A model generated the notes under the pieces. That model saw only the letters and a list, made by a program, of their open reading frames with translations, was not told the origin of the DNA and searched no databases. The position numbers and the translations under genes were made by a program. From contig JAJEAX010000280.1 in assembly GCA_022822565.1 (NCBI GenBank), positions 1 through 43,990 of the forward strand: a stretch of 43,990 nucleotides of DNA. The letters are read 5' to 3'. This stretch comes from Candidatus Latescibacterota bacterium (lineage in GTDB: Bacteria > Latescibacterota > UBA2968). This document shows positions 1 to 10,025 of this stretch, one piece after another. Within the stretch, counting starts at the first letter, position 1, and the number at the start of each line of letters is the position of its first letter.

Positions 1-64
1 ACAGATGACGACGCAAAATCGACACCTTCTCCTCGGGGGTATATTGCTTACGCTTCTTCGACAT
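1..64 (-). CDS. IS3-family transposase OrfA, N-terminal fragment (partial; not in the ORF track)
   Basis: ATG at 64 gives MSKKRKQYTPEEKVSILRRHL..., matching the R-x-Y-T-x-E-x-K start of HTH_Tnp_1; strong SD upstream. Confidence 0.8.
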   Translation of the reverse strand, partial: MSKKRKQYTPEEKVSILRRHL

Positions 65-141
65 GGACTCCTCCTTTGACTGAGCCCAATTTATAGCTTA
101 TCAACCCTCCGCAAAAGTCCAGTTTTATCTGAAGCATAACA
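1..141 (-). mobile_element. IS3-family insertion sequence, left end (IRL plus start of orfA); continues beyond the window
   Basis: Minus strand from 141 reads TGTTATGCTTCAGATAAAACTGGAC, a TG-start terminus typical of IS3 inverted repeats. It is followed by SD AAAGGAGGAG and an HTH transposase N-terminus starting at 64. Confidence 0.8.
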
Positions 142-455
142 ATTCCGGTACCCTGTGTCGGAAATAGTGCAACACCCAGAGCAAAGAAACACGCAAAATT
201 ACCGGCGATGTTATCCCGTGTCTCGTATCCTTCATAAGCAAATAGAAACCAACCGATGGTAAACAGTATGCCGACGAAAATATCTACCATATTGCTGTAG
301 TAGTAGTCACTAATAGTAGGCAGGAGTTTACAGCCGCTACACACTAAACTACAGAACAATAGCACGAATGGAAGCGAAACACCAAGTAATCCGACGGTCC
401 GTCGTAGCTTTCTATATGAAGCGGATATATGTTGGTCATCTCGATTGTCGTTCAT
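142..455 (-). pseudogene. DUF998-like membrane protein, 5' part, interrupted by IS3
   Basis: SYRKLRRTVGLLGVSLP...ISDYYY...FLFAYEGY...GVALFPT is hydrophobic and DUF998-like. After FPTQGTGI the ORF reads into the IS terminus, so the ORF-track tail (VMLQIK...EEA) is IS-derived. Confidence 0.65.
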
Positions 456-526
456 ATTTCCAACTCCTGTGAAGTGGTCTTAGTCTTTGAGCTTATTGAT
501 GTCAGGAGTCCAGTCTAAACGTTAGC

Positions 527-553
527 TTGCGGCTTCAAGCAGGCCGCAATGAC
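527..553. repeat. Palindromic hairpin, REP-like half element
   Basis: TTGCGGCTT-CAAGC-AGGCCGCAA followed by TGAC; resembles the dispersed TTGCGG-TCAAG-CCGCAATGAC palindromic units. Confidence 0.35.
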
Positions 554-635
554 AAATGTCCTGATCCCAATCGTGCCTTCTGCCTGAATCACGGGACGCC
601 GACCTCGGCTCTGTCCCGAATCACTTACCCGCTCA

Positions 636-1886
636 CTACCGACACATTTTCTTATTTACCTTTTTACTTTCTACCTCTTCATTTTGCCGATATGTATCGG
701 ACCAGCACTGTCTCGAACCATCATAATTCCTTAACCACTGGAACCATGTGCCTTCTCTACTTCCGTTTATATATTCCTTTGTAGATTTGTACCCATCCTG
801 ATGACGAGTGATCCATAGGCCGTGCCGCTTGCCATCCACATAGGAACCTTTCTCTACGGATCCATCTGATTCACGATAGCCCCACTGCCCCTGCCGCTTG
901 TCGTCACCATAGGAGCCTTCAATTACGCTCCCACTTGAGGAATGATAGATATATGGGCCGTGCTTCTTGCCCGCCACATAGGTAACTTCCTCTGTCGAGG
1001 TCTTGCCTGTGGACGAGTCACGTTCGATCCATTTCCCGTGCCGCTTGCCATTCACATAGGAGCCTTTCTCTACATAATATCTCTCGTTTCCTTCGACCCA
1101 TGGGCCGTGCTTCTTGCCATCTACATAGGAGCCTTTATACGTTACGGCGCCGTCCGAGGCACGCTCAACCCATTGACCGTGTGCCTTGCCGTGAACAGAC
1201 GATGCGTGAATTACGGATCCGCTCGGATAACGATAGACCCAGGAGCCGTGTAACTTGCCCCTCTGAAGGCGTCCCACTGTTGTGGCCGTAACTCTCGCGG
1301 CCTTCGCATATCCACGCTCATCGAGGATAGAACCAGAATAAGTCCAACTGATCGTTCCTTCTCCTTGTGCCACACTACCCAAACACTCGCCAGACCAGGT
1401 CGCAGTCTCATCCTTACGGAGGTAGTCATTCCACACATAGCATCCGGGGTGGTTGGTCAACGCCATCCAACAACTGGAACCTTCTGGCTTTCCGGTACAC
1501 GTTTCCTCAGCACTGATCTGTGTCTCTTGAACCACTTCAGCTTCGAGCAACAACGCCAGTGCCTCCTTGTAAAACTGTCCCTCTTTCCCTGTTGCAGACA
1601 GATACCTGGTCACCGACTCAAGCGCGATCCTGATTGAATCTGCTGATAAGGCCACACGCGCATACTTGAAGTGAAATTCGTCCGGCAGTGTAAGGTTGTG
1701 CTCCTTTTGCAGCGCGAGGACCTTTTCCATCACATTGAAGGCTTCCGCATAGTCTTCTGCTGCATGTAGCTGTTCTGACTCAATCAGATGTTTATCTACC
1801 ATGATCTCTGGTGGCAACTGAGCGGACGCAACCGTGAAAAATCCCAGTAAAAATAGAACGAAAATACTTCTGGTTACGTTCTGCAT
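636..1886 (-). CDS. Secreted MORN-variant repeat protein with a helical TPR-like N-domain and a Cys-rich linker
   Basis: SD GGAGA before ATG 1886; signal peptide ending ASA-Q; about 7 repeats of the type G-S-Y-V-D-G-K-K/R-H-G-x-W. Confidence 0.8.
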   Translation of the reverse strand: MQNVTRSIFVLFLLGFFTVASAQLPPEIMVDKHLIESEQLHAAEDYAEAFNVMEKVLALQKEHNLTLPDEFHFKYARVALSADSIRIALESVTRYLSATGKEGQFYKEALALLLEAEVVQETQISAEETCTGKPEGSSCWMALTNHPGCYVWNDYLRKDETATWSGECLGSVAQGEGTISWTYSGSILDERGYAKAARVTATTVGRLQRGKLHGSWVYRYPSGSVIHASSVHGKAHGQWVERASDGAVTYKGSYVDGKKHGPWVEGNERYYVEKGSYVNGKRHGKWIERDSSTGKTSTEEVTYVAGKKHGPYIYHSSSGSVIEGSYGDDKRQGQWGYRESDGSVEKGSYVDGKRHGLWITRHQDGYKSTKEYINGSREGTWFQWLRNYDGSRQCWSDTYRQNEEVESKKVNKKMCR

Positions 1887-1955
1887 GGTGTCTCCCGGGG
1901 AAGAAAGTAGATGCATTTGATTGGGAAGGTAAGACTTTTCATCGGTTTGTTCTCC

Positions 1956-3509
1956 TCACGCAAGAGTTGTCTCGAACGCTATCAGATTGCGGGTCTCTCG
2001 GCTAAACTCTACCCCAATCAGATGTACCGGCTCGCCGCTGTCGCGATATTTATCCGCATATCCCTTTTCCTGCAATTGCGCCATTGCAGCCCCTTCGGAT
2101 GCCTGTTCCACCACTTTGAACTCGAACAGATACACATTGTCGTTGAAACGAACCGCCATGTCCAGACGCCCATCACTGCTGCTGTCTTCCACAACAATGT
2201 CGAATCCCACCGATGCGAAGTAGGAGTAGAAGACGCTGGCATAGTAGCCTTCGTAGTTCGCTATTTCATTGTTTGTGTGCCACTGGTAGGGGATGCTGGC
2301 AAAGAACGCCTTGAATAGGCTTTCCAGGCCAGCGAAGTCATTGACCAGTAATAGGTCATAGAGACGCGCACTGTGCTCTGCCTGCTGCGCGGGGCTTCCT
2401 GTCAAATGGTTGAGCAAGCTTTCGTTCAGGCTCTGGCGCACTTCCTGGTTTGGGTAACTCAGACGGTAGTAGGTTCTGCTACCTCGCGGTTCGGTTTGGA
2501 TAATCGTGAGATACCCGGTCTGGAACAGCAATGCTTCAGTGGCGATGTGGTCAACGTCGAATGTAGATAACAGTTCGTCACTGCCCAATATGTTGTCCAG
2601 GTCCAGCGTACCAACCCCGCGCGATAGCAGCGTCTCGATCAGAAATGTAGGCGTGCCGGTCTCAAACCACCACGCGCCGAAGCGTCGGCTATCGAAGAGC
2701 AAAAGGATATCGAAGGGGTTATAGACCTCCTCTCCCAGCCAGCTATAGCCGTTGTACCAGTGCCTTATCTCGTCCCTATCCAGACCGGGCAGTTCCGGTG
2801 CGAACACCGTATTTAGGTCTGCATCGGTATAGCCGCATATAGCCGAGTAACGCGCATCCAGCGTGATGTCCTTGAGGTTGTTGAGACCAGAGAACAGACT
2901 GACCTTGGAGAACTTGCTGACGCCCGTGAGGAGTGTGAACTTAATATGAGCATCGATATCCTTGATGGTCGCGTATAGACCGCGCAGAAAGTCGCGGTTG
3001 GCGCGTGCGACCTCTGGCACCTCAAGTGCGTCCAGAATCGGCTTATCGTATTCATCCACCAGAACGACAACGCGTTGCCCCACCTCCCGATGCAATACCC
3101 GGATCAGGTCGCCAAAGCACTCTGGTGCCGTATCGTAACGCGGCGCAATATCGGCTTCTTCCGCTATCGTGTGTAGTTGCGTCATCACATTTGCATGCAA
3201 GTAGCCAGGCTCTTTGTAATTGCCGCTGCCAAAGCTCAAGCGCACAACGGGATAGCGAACAGACCAATCCCATTGATCGTGGATGTATAGCCCCTCGAAC
3301 AGCGGTTCATTGCCCTCAAACAGTTCCTTCAACGTGTCCAGAAATAGGCTCTTGCCAAAGCGACGTGGACGCGACAGAAAGTAGTGCTTACCCTCGTCCA
3401 TCAGTCGCTGAATGAGGGCCGTTTTATCGACATAGTAGCAGTTCTCCTCTCGTATCTCGCGAAAGGTCTGAATGCCGATAGGCAACTTGCATCTGTCTGA
3501 TATGCCCAT
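1956..3509 (-). CDS. AAA-ATPase-like protein with C-terminal PD-(D/E)XK nuclease domain (PDDEXK_9 type)
   Basis: LPIGIQTF...YYVDKT; Walker A SRPRRFGKS; Walker B VLVDEYDKP; YNPF; C-terminal GRLD...FEFK...Q...KGY motif. Confidence 0.92.
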   Translation of the reverse strand: MGISDRCKLPIGIQTFREIREENCYYVDKTALIQRLMDEGKHYFLSRPRRFGKSLFLDTLKELFEGNEPLFEGLYIHDQWDWSVRYPVVRLSFGSGNYKEPGYLHANVMTQLHTIAEEADIAPRYDTAPECFGDLIRVLHREVGQRVVVLVDEYDKPILDALEVPEVARANRDFLRGLYATIKDIDAHIKFTLLTGVSKFSKVSLFSGLNNLKDITLDARYSAICGYTDADLNTVFAPELPGLDRDEIRHWYNGYSWLGEEVYNPFDILLLFDSRRFGAWWFETGTPTFLIETLLSRGVGTLDLDNILGSDELLSTFDVDHIATEALLFQTGYLTIIQTEPRGSRTYYRLSYPNQEVRQSLNESLLNHLTGSPAQQAEHSARLYDLLLVNDFAGLESLFKAFFASIPYQWHTNNEIANYEGYYASVFYSYFASVGFDIVVEDSSSDGRLDMAVRFNDNVYLFEFKVVEQASEGAAMAQLQEKGYADKYRDSGEPVHLIGVEFSRETRNLIAFETTLA

Positions 3510-3559
3510 CTCTCATCTCCAGATTGTGATGCCAGCGCGGTCGCCCTGCTCGATACAGT

Positions 3560-3588
3560 ATTATACCGCTTTCGCTATCTATTTGGAA
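3560..3588 (-). promoter_or_regulatory. Putative sigma70 promoter for the AAA-nuclease gene
   Basis: TTCCAA-17 nt-TATAAT on the minus strand, about 50 nt upstream of the ATG. Confidence 0.5.
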
Positions 3589-3646
3589 GTCTAAACTTTT
3601 CATTGTTCTGTTTCAAATTTATCGTGTACTTTGAAAATAACATGAA

Positions 3647-3686
3647 AATAAAAAAGAGACAGGTGCAAACCTGTCTCTTTTTTATT
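3647..3686 (-). terminator. Intrinsic bidirectional terminator after leuS
   Basis: AATAAAAAAGAGACAGGT-GCAA-ACCTGTCTCTTTTTTATT perfect inverted repeat with A/T tracts on both sides. Confidence 0.9.
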
Positions 3687-3705
3687 CTAACATTCCCTGT
3701 AACGG

Positions 3706-6147
3706 TTACACCACAATATTGACCAGTCGATTGGGAATGACGATTATCTTTTTGGGGTCTTGATCCTGGACATGCGCCTTCACATTCGGCTGGTCTAACG
3801 CCAGACTTTCAATCTCTTCATGCCCAGCATCGACCTCTACTTCCATGCGAGCACGGACCTTGCCATTGACCTGAACCGGCATCTCAATCGATGCTGGTCG
3901 AGCGAGATTTTCGTCCCATTCAGGCCAATTTTGTTGATGAACGCTGTACTCTCCCCCAATTCGCGACCAAAGCTCTTCAGAAAGATGCGGCGTTACAGGT
4001 GCCAAGAGTAAGATGAGCGTTTGAATGGCTTCTTTCCACGCATCCGTATGCACAACAGGCGTATTTTGAGCCACCGACAGACCATTGCTAAACGTCATGA
4101 GTGCAGCCAATGCTGTATTAAACCCAAAGGTTTCAAAATCCTCAGACACCTTGCGGATGGTCTGATGGGTTAAGCGTCGCAAATCATCCTGGGATTCTTG
4201 CGTAGGGGTGCCCTTTGTAAGACTATCATTTTCAACAACGAGACGCCACACGCGGTTCAAAAATCTCGGAACACCTTCCAGGCTCGATGAATTCCATGGA
4301 CCTCCCTGTTCCCATCGACTCAAAAATATCAAATAAGCCCGAATGCTATCTATCCCATACTGCACAATCAAATCGTCGGGATTGACAACATTGCTACCCC
4401 GCGACTTGCTCATCTTCTCATGATCTTCACCCAGAATAATGCCCTGATTAAACAAGCGCGTCATTGGCTCATCATCACTGACGAGATCCATATCGCGCAT
4501 GGCTTTGGTGAAGAATCGCGTGTAGAGCAGATGCATAGTGGCGTGTTCTATACCTCCTGTATATTGATCAACAGGCAACCAGTATTCACCTTCGTGAGGG
4601 TCAAAAGGTCCTGCATCATAATGTGGACTTAAATATCGGTATTGATACCACGAAGAACACATAAACGTGTCCATCGTATCTGTCTCTCGCTGCGCTGATG
4701 TACCACATTCAGGACAAGTCGTGTTTAGAAATCCTTTGTGATATTTGAGCGGAGATTCCCCCGTCGGCAAAAACTCAGCATCATCGGGTAGCATGACGGG
4801 CAGATCACGCGCTGGCACGGGAACTATGCCACATGTATCACAGTAAATAATCGGTATGGGACACCCCCAATAACGCTGGCGAGAAATCAGCCAATCATGA
4901 AGGCGATAATTGATTTTTCTCTCGCCAATGTCCTGTGATTCCAGATCATCGGCTACTGCATTTTTTCCTTCTTGCGAGAACAAACCATCGAATTGTCCCG
5001 AGTTTACCATACATCCCTCACCAGTATATGGCTGGGTGAGTGCTTCACCGTCCCAATCATCTGGAGCAATAACAACGGGAATGGACAACCCATACTTTTT
5101 TGCAAAATCAAAATCGCGTTCATCGTGTGCAGGCACAGCCATAATAGCTCCGGTGCCATATTGAAGCAATACATAGTCCGCAATATAAATAGGCACATCG
5201 GCATTGTTCATGGGATTAATTGCATAAGCACCGGTGAAAACGCCATCCTGTTCTTTATCTACAGAAAGCCGCTCAATCTCCGACTGCCGTTCAGCTTTGA
5301 CACAATATGCTTTAACAGCTTCTCGTTGCTCGGGCGATGTTATCTCATCAACCAATGGATGCTCAGGGGCTAAAACCGCAAATGACATGCCCCAAATAGT
5401 ATCTGGACGCGTTGTGAACACGCGAAACGAAGCATCTGAATTTTTGACGCGCATTTCAAATTCAACACCTTCACTCCGCCCAATCCAATTCTCCTGCATG
5501 GCCTTCACGCGGTCGGGCCACTCGATTTCTGCAAAATCGAGTAATTCTTCAGCATATCTGGTAATCCGAAACAACCATTGATCCAGGTCCTTTTTAATCA
5601 CGGGCGTATCACACCGCTCGCAGTGTCGATCCTCGCCCCAAACCTGCTCTCGGGCCAGGGTCGTATTGCACTTTGGACACCAATCAACGGGAGCTTTTTC
5701 GCGATAAGCCAGATCATTGGCGTAAAATTTGAGGAATAACCACTGTGTCCATCTATAGTATTCAGGCAAACAGGTGGTCGCTTCGCGCGTCCAGTCAAAC
5801 ATTGCACCCATTATTTTCAGTTGTCCGCGCATGCGTTCCACATTGTCCAGCGTCCATTTTGCCGGATGAATACCCCGTTGGATTGCAGCGTTTTCAGCCG
5901 GCAATCCAAAAGCATCAAAACCAATTGGAAACAATACATTATGCCCCTTCATCCGCATATATCGCGCCCGAACATCAGATGGAACAATCGCATACCAGTG
6001 ACCAATATGGAGATCACCCGAAGTGTAGGGAAGCATCGTCAAAGCATAGTGCTTCGAGCGGTTGGGATCGATTTGACTGCAGTACAATCCGGTAGCTTCC
6101 CAGCGTTCACGCCATTTTTTTTCAATTTTAGAAAATTCGTAAGCCAT
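3706..6147 (-). CDS. leuS: Leucyl-tRNA synthetase
   Basis: HIGH (LHIGH) and KMSKS motifs, FTTRPDT editing domain. Start moved to ATG 6147 (MAYEFSKIE) with SD AGGAG; the longer ORF-track start overlaps asnS. Confidence 0.98.
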   Translation of the reverse strand: MAYEFSKIEKKWRERWEATGLYCSQIDPNRSKHYALTMLPYTSGDLHIGHWYAIVPSDVRARYMRMKGHNVLFPIGFDAFGLPAENAAIQRGIHPAKWTLDNVERMRGQLKIMGAMFDWTREATTCLPEYYRWTQWLFLKFYANDLAYREKAPVDWCPKCNTTLAREQVWGEDRHCERCDTPVIKKDLDQWLFRITRYAEELLDFAEIEWPDRVKAMQENWIGRSEGVEFEMRVKNSDASFRVFTTRPDTIWGMSFAVLAPEHPLVDEITSPEQREAVKAYCVKAERQSEIERLSVDKEQDGVFTGAYAINPMNNADVPIYIADYVLLQYGTGAIMAVPAHDERDFDFAKKYGLSIPVVIAPDDWDGEALTQPYTGEGCMVNSGQFDGLFSQEGKNAVADDLESQDIGERKINYRLHDWLISRQRYWGCPIPIIYCDTCGIVPVPARDLPVMLPDDAEFLPTGESPLKYHKGFLNTTCPECGTSAQRETDTMDTFMCSSWYQYRYLSPHYDAGPFDPHEGEYWLPVDQYTGGIEHATMHLLYTRFFTKAMRDMDLVSDDEPMTRLFNQGIILGEDHEKMSKSRGSNVVNPDDLIVQYGIDSIRAYLIFLSRWEQGGPWNSSSLEGVPRFLNRVWRLVVENDSLTKGTPTQESQDDLRRLTHQTIRKVSEDFETFGFNTALAALMTFSNGLSVAQNTPVVHTDAWKEAIQTLILLLAPVTPHLSEELWSRIGGEYSVHQQNWPEWDENLARPASIEMPVQVNGKVRARMEVEVDAGHEEIESLALDQPNVKAHVQDQDPKKIIVIPNRLVNIVV

Positions 6148-6160
6148 TGAAATACAACTC

Positions 6161-7456
6161 CTAAGGATATAATCTTTGCAAAAGTCGAGGAAATGGAATC
6201 GTCTCGCGGACATGGGACAGGCCGCATATCCACGCGACTGTACGCTCAATACCCAATCCGAAACCGGAATGTGGCACCGATCCATAGTGCCTGAGGTCCA
6301 GGTACCACTGGAACGGCGCCTCGTCAAGACCGTGTTCGGCGAGCTTCCGCCGTAAGACCTCCAGATCGTCCTCGCGCTGTCCCCCACCGACGATTTCACC
6401 ATATCCTTCGGGAGCCAACACATCCATACACAATGCCAGTTGGGAATCTTCCGGATCCCCCTTCATATAAAAAGCTTTGCAAACTGCCGGATACCGATGC
6501 ACGATCACGGGACGATCGTGTGCATTGGCCAATACGGTTTCATCTTCAGCGCCAAAATCCTCCCCCCACGTGTGATCGCGACCCGCTTCTTTTAGCAACT
6601 GATGTGCATCTGAATAAGATATCCTATGAAATGGTTTTTGCACCCGTTGTAGGGGCGCAAGGTCGCGTTGTAAGGCCACAAGCTCAGACCGACAGGTTTC
6701 TATCACGCGCTGAACAACACAACAGATAAAGTCTTCAGCCAGATCCATATTACCCGACAGGTCCATATAGGCCACCTCTGGCTCGATCATCCAAAATTCG
6801 GTCAAATGGCGCCGCGTCTTGGATTTCTCTGCTCGAAAGGTAGGCCCAAAACAGTACACTTTGCCAAATGCCATAGCTGCTGCTTCCATATAGAGTTGAC
6901 CACTCTGTGTCAAATATGCTGTCTCGTCGAAATAATCGGTTTCAAAAAGCGTGCTGGTACCTTCGCAGGACGACGGGGTAAATATAGGCGCGTCAACCAG
7001 TGTGAAGTCATTGTTGTCGTAATAATCTCGACAGGCTTTGACAATCTCGGCACGCACGCTTAAAATGGCGTGTTGACGCGATGAGCGCAGCCACAAATGG
7101 CGATGATCCATCAAAAATGCCGTGCCGTGTTCTTTGGGCGTAATCGGATAATCCTCCACGCGATGCACAATTTCGATATCGCTGACGCCTATTTCAAACC
7201 CGATAGGTGAACGCGCATCGGCCCGGACCGCACCCGTTACGCGAAGAGACGACTCTTGCCCCAGGTCTGAAGCCCTTTCAAAGACGTCTGGCGATACATC
7301 GCCCTGAAAGACCACGCACTGAATCGTACCAGAGCCATCTCTGACCTGAAGAAAGTGCAATTTTCCACTCGATCGTTTGTTGTACAGCCATCCCTCGATC
7401 ACTACTTCTTTATTTTCCCATGCACTTACGTCGTTTATTCTGATGATATCTGGCAT
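6161..7456 (-). CDS. asnS: Asparaginyl-tRNA synthetase
   Basis: N-terminal OB fold, [42 protein letters not shown]. Confidence 0.97.
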   Translation of the reverse strand: MPDIIRINDVSAWENKEVVIEGWLYNKRSSGKLHFLQVRDGSGTIQCVVFQGDVSPDVFERASDLGQESSLRVTGAVRADARSPIGFEIGVSDIEIVHRVEDYPITPKEHGTAFLMDHRHLWLRSSRQHAILSVRAEIVKACRDYYDNNDFTLVDAPIFTPSSCEGTSTLFETDYFDETAYLTQSGQLYMEAAAMAFGKVYCFGPTFRAEKSKTRRHLTEFWMIEPEVAYMDLSGNMDLAEDFICCVVQRVIETCRSELVALQRDLAPLQRVQKPFHRISYSDAHQLLKEAGRDHTWGEDFGAEDETVLANAHDRPVIVHRYPAVCKAFYMKGDPEDSQLALCMDVLAPEGYGEIVGGGQREDDLEVLRRKLAEHGLDEAPFQWYLDLRHYGSVPHSGFGLGIERTVAWICGLSHVRETIPFPRLLQRLYP

Positions 7457-7474
7457 ATATCGTTCCCTGAGAGT

Positions 7475-7533
7475 AAAAAAACGAAAGACGACCGGGTATC
7501 ACCTGCTTGCCCACCGATCGCCTTGTGTTTTTT
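7475..7533 (-). terminator. Intrinsic terminator after pnp
   Basis: Minus strand AAGGCGATCGG...CCGGTCGTCTT stem followed by TCGTTTTTTT. Confidence 0.6.
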
Positions 7534-7549
7534 CGTGTGTATGTAAATC

Positions 7550-9667
7550 TCACGATCTTCGGGGGGGGCGCTGCCTACCCTGCTGATTCGAATCGCCATT
7601 GGGTTTATCTATAAGTACTTTGCGGCTAAGTCGAATCTTGCCCTGATCGTCGATAGCGATCACTTTGACCTGAACTTTTTCGCCTTCACTGAGCACGTCG
7701 TTCACTTTGCGCACCCGATGATGTTCAAGCTCGGAAATATGGCAAAGCCCATCCTTGCCGGGCAAAATCTCGACAAACGCGCCAAAATCCGTGATTCGGC
7801 GCACTGTGCCATCATAGATTCGTCCAACTTCTGGCTCTTCGACGAGAGCTTCAACCATACCCATTGCGGTTTCACCGGCTTGCGCGTCTAAAGAGGTGAC
7901 CGTAACCAACCCATCATCCTCGACTGAAACCGTTGCGCCTGTCTCTTCAATGCTGCGAATGGTCTTCCCGCCCGGGCCAATAACCGCGCCGATCTTTGCA
8001 GGATCAATGCGGATGGACAAAATGCGCGGTGCGTATTCCGACAAGCTCGTTCTCGGCGCGGAAATAGCTTCTTCCATCAGACCGAGAATATGGTTTAATG
8101 CATCTCGGGCGCGAGAGAATGCCGTATTGAGAATCTCAAAACTTATACCACCGATCTTAATATCCATCTGAATCGCGGTCAGACCCGATCGCGTCCCCGC
8201 TATTTTGAGGTCCATATCGCCCAAATGGTCTTCTTCACCTAAAATATCTGTGAGAACCGCCCACTGATCGCCTTCCATGACCAGCCCGACGCCAGCACCA
8301 GCAACATGGCTTTTAATGGGCACGCCCGCATCCATCAAAGCGAGGGAACCACCACACACCGTGGCCATTGAAGACGAACTGTTGGATTCTAAAATCTCGG
8401 AAACCAGCCGGATCGTATATGGAAAATGCTCTTCACTGGGTACAACTGGTTCGAGAGCCTTTTCAGCCAAAGCTCCGTGACCAATTTCTCGGCGGCCGGG
8501 CGCTGCAATCCGACCCGTTTCGCCAACACTGTAGTTGGGAAAGTTGTAATCGAGCATAAAGCTCTTGAACGATTTACCTTCGAGATCGTCAACCATTCGG
8601 GTGTCCATCTTGCTTCCGAGCGTCGCCACACACAAAGCCTGCGTCTGCCCGCGTGTAAAAATACCGGATCCGTGTGCGCGAGGCAATACACTCAGATCGA
8701 TGTCAATGGGCCGAACCTCTTTGAGATCGCGTCCATCAATGCGCTGATTTTCCGAGAGGATCATCGCGCGCATATCCTTTTTGATCAATCGATCAATCTC
8801 ACCGCCAATTTCACCTGCGTCGAAGTCTTCTGCGAGTGCTTCTCGCACCTCGGCGCGGATTGCAGACAACGACTCTGCACGCGCCATCTTATCCGGCATG
8901 CGATTGGCTGCGTGAATCTGCTCTGAAGCGCGTTCGGCAACGGCTGTGGCAAGAGCCTCATTTTCTTCAGGCTCGTCGTAAGACCGCTTCGCTTTCCCGA
9001 CACGGGCAATCAGACCATCCTGTAATTCAATCAGTTGTACAATGCCCTGGTGGGCAACGCGCAGTGCTTCGACGACATCACCGTCGGCTACTTCGTGAAA
9101 ATCACCTTCAACTGAAATAATGGACTCGCGATTGCCCGATACCATCAGGTGGACATCGCTTTCTTCGAGTTGGGAAAGTGTGGGGTTGACCACAAATTCT
9201 CCATCGATTCGTCCAACGCACACAGCGCCAATGGGGCCGTCAAACGGAATATCAGAAATACACAGTGCAGCCGAAGCACCTGTCATTGAGAGTACCGCAG
9301 GATCGTTTTCACCATCGAAAGACAACACAGTGACATAAACCTGCGTTTCAAAATCATAAGCCTCTGGAAACAGGGGCCTGATTTGATGATCAATTAAACG
9401 CGCATGCAATTTTTCCGTTGTTGAAGGCGCGCCTTCCCGCTTAAAAAAGTTGCCGGGAATGCGTCCCCCAGCATACATCTTTTCGCGATAATCGACTTGA
9501 AGCGGAAAAAAATCAAAATCCGAAGGTTTATTATCGGAAACGGCAGCCACCAACACAATGGTTTCACCGTACTGCATCCACACCGCCCCGTGTGACTGTT
9601 TGGCCACCCGACCCGTTTCTATGGACAGCGGACGACCGGCATATTCAAGCTCTACTTTTGCTATCAT
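7550..9667 (-). CDS. pnp: Polyribonucleotide nucleotidyltransferase (PNPase)
   Basis: Two RNase PH domains ([21 protein letters not shown]), KH (VIGPGGKTI) and S1 domains; ATG 9667 with SD GAGGAG. Confidence 0.98.
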   Translation of the reverse strand: MIAKVELEYAGRPLSIETGRVAKQSHGAVWMQYGETIVLVAAVSDNKPSDFDFFPLQVDYREKMYAGGRIPGNFFKREGAPSTTEKLHARLIDHQIRPLFPEAYDFETQVYVTVLSFDGENDPAVLSMTGASAALCISDIPFDGPIGAVCVGRIDGEFVVNPTLSQLEESDVHLMVSGNRESIISVEGDFHEVADGDVVEALRVAHQGIVQLIELQDGLIARVGKAKRSYDEPEENEALATAVAERASEQIHAANRMPDKMARAESLSAIRAEVREALAEDFDAGEIGGEIDRLIKKDMRAMILSENQRIDGRDLKEVRPIDIDLSVLPRAHGSGIFTRGQTQALCVATLGSKMDTRMVDDLEGKSFKSFMLDYNFPNYSVGETGRIAAPGRREIGHGALAEKALEPVVPSEEHFPYTIRLVSEILESNSSSSMATVCGGSLALMDAGVPIKSHVAGAGVGLVMEGDQWAVLTDILGEEDHLGDMDLKIAGTRSGLTAIQMDIKIGGISFEILNTAFSRARDALNHILGLMEEAISAPRTSLSEYAPRILSIRIDPAKIGAVIGPGGKTIRSIEETGATVSVEDDGLVTVTSLDAQAGETAMGMVEALVEEPEVGRIYDGTVRRITDFGAFVEILPGKDGLCHISELEHHRVRKVNDVLSEGEKVQVKVIAIDDQGKIRLSRKVLIDKPNGDSNQQGRQRPPRRS

Positions 9668-9755
9668 TCTATCTCCTCTATTTACAAAACACATCTATCC
9701 CAGCGCTCTGACAAAAAGGCCAGAGATACGACCAACTGCTGGAAAAATAAAAAAC

Positions 9756-10025
9756 TCAACCGCGAATATCCAGTGCCGCAATCAAGCTACGATAACCATC
9801 TAAATCCACGCGCCGTAAATACCGCAACAGACGGCGACGCCGCCCAACCAGTTTGAGCAGTCCCCGACGCGAGTGATGATCCTTCTTGTGGGTTTGAAAA
9901 TGTTCGACCAGTTGTACAATACGCTCTGTAAGTTGCACAATCTGGACTTGTGGCGATCCTGTATCGCCTTCTTTGCGCCCGTATTGTGCGATCAACTCGG
10001 CCTTCTTTTCTTTTGTTAACGCCAA
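9756..10025 (-). CDS. rpsO: 30S ribosomal protein S15
   Basis: DTGSPQVQI...[22 protein letters not shown]; TTG start with SD GGAGG. Confidence 0.98.
   Translation of the reverse strand: MALTKEKKAELIAQYGRKEGDTGSPQVQIVQLTERIVQLVEHFQTHKKDHHSRRGLLKLVGRRRRLLRYLRRVDLDGYRSLIAALDIRG

Noticed and set aside
4385-4415. Apparent extra Ser after KMSKS in LeuS (KMSKSRGSNVV)
   Set aside because: A single-residue loop variation with the catalytic motif intact; nothing supports a functional claim.
6148-6423. Long N-terminal extension of LeuS in the ORF track (similar extensions for ribF, pnp, GT2, rmlC)
   Set aside because: The extensions overlap upstream genes or lack similarity; SD position and homology support the downstream starts.
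7492-7506. T-box-like GGTGATACC upstream of asnS
   Set aside because: It lacks the invariant UGGN needed to pair with the tRNA NCCA end, and the 93-nt spacer has no room for Stem I.
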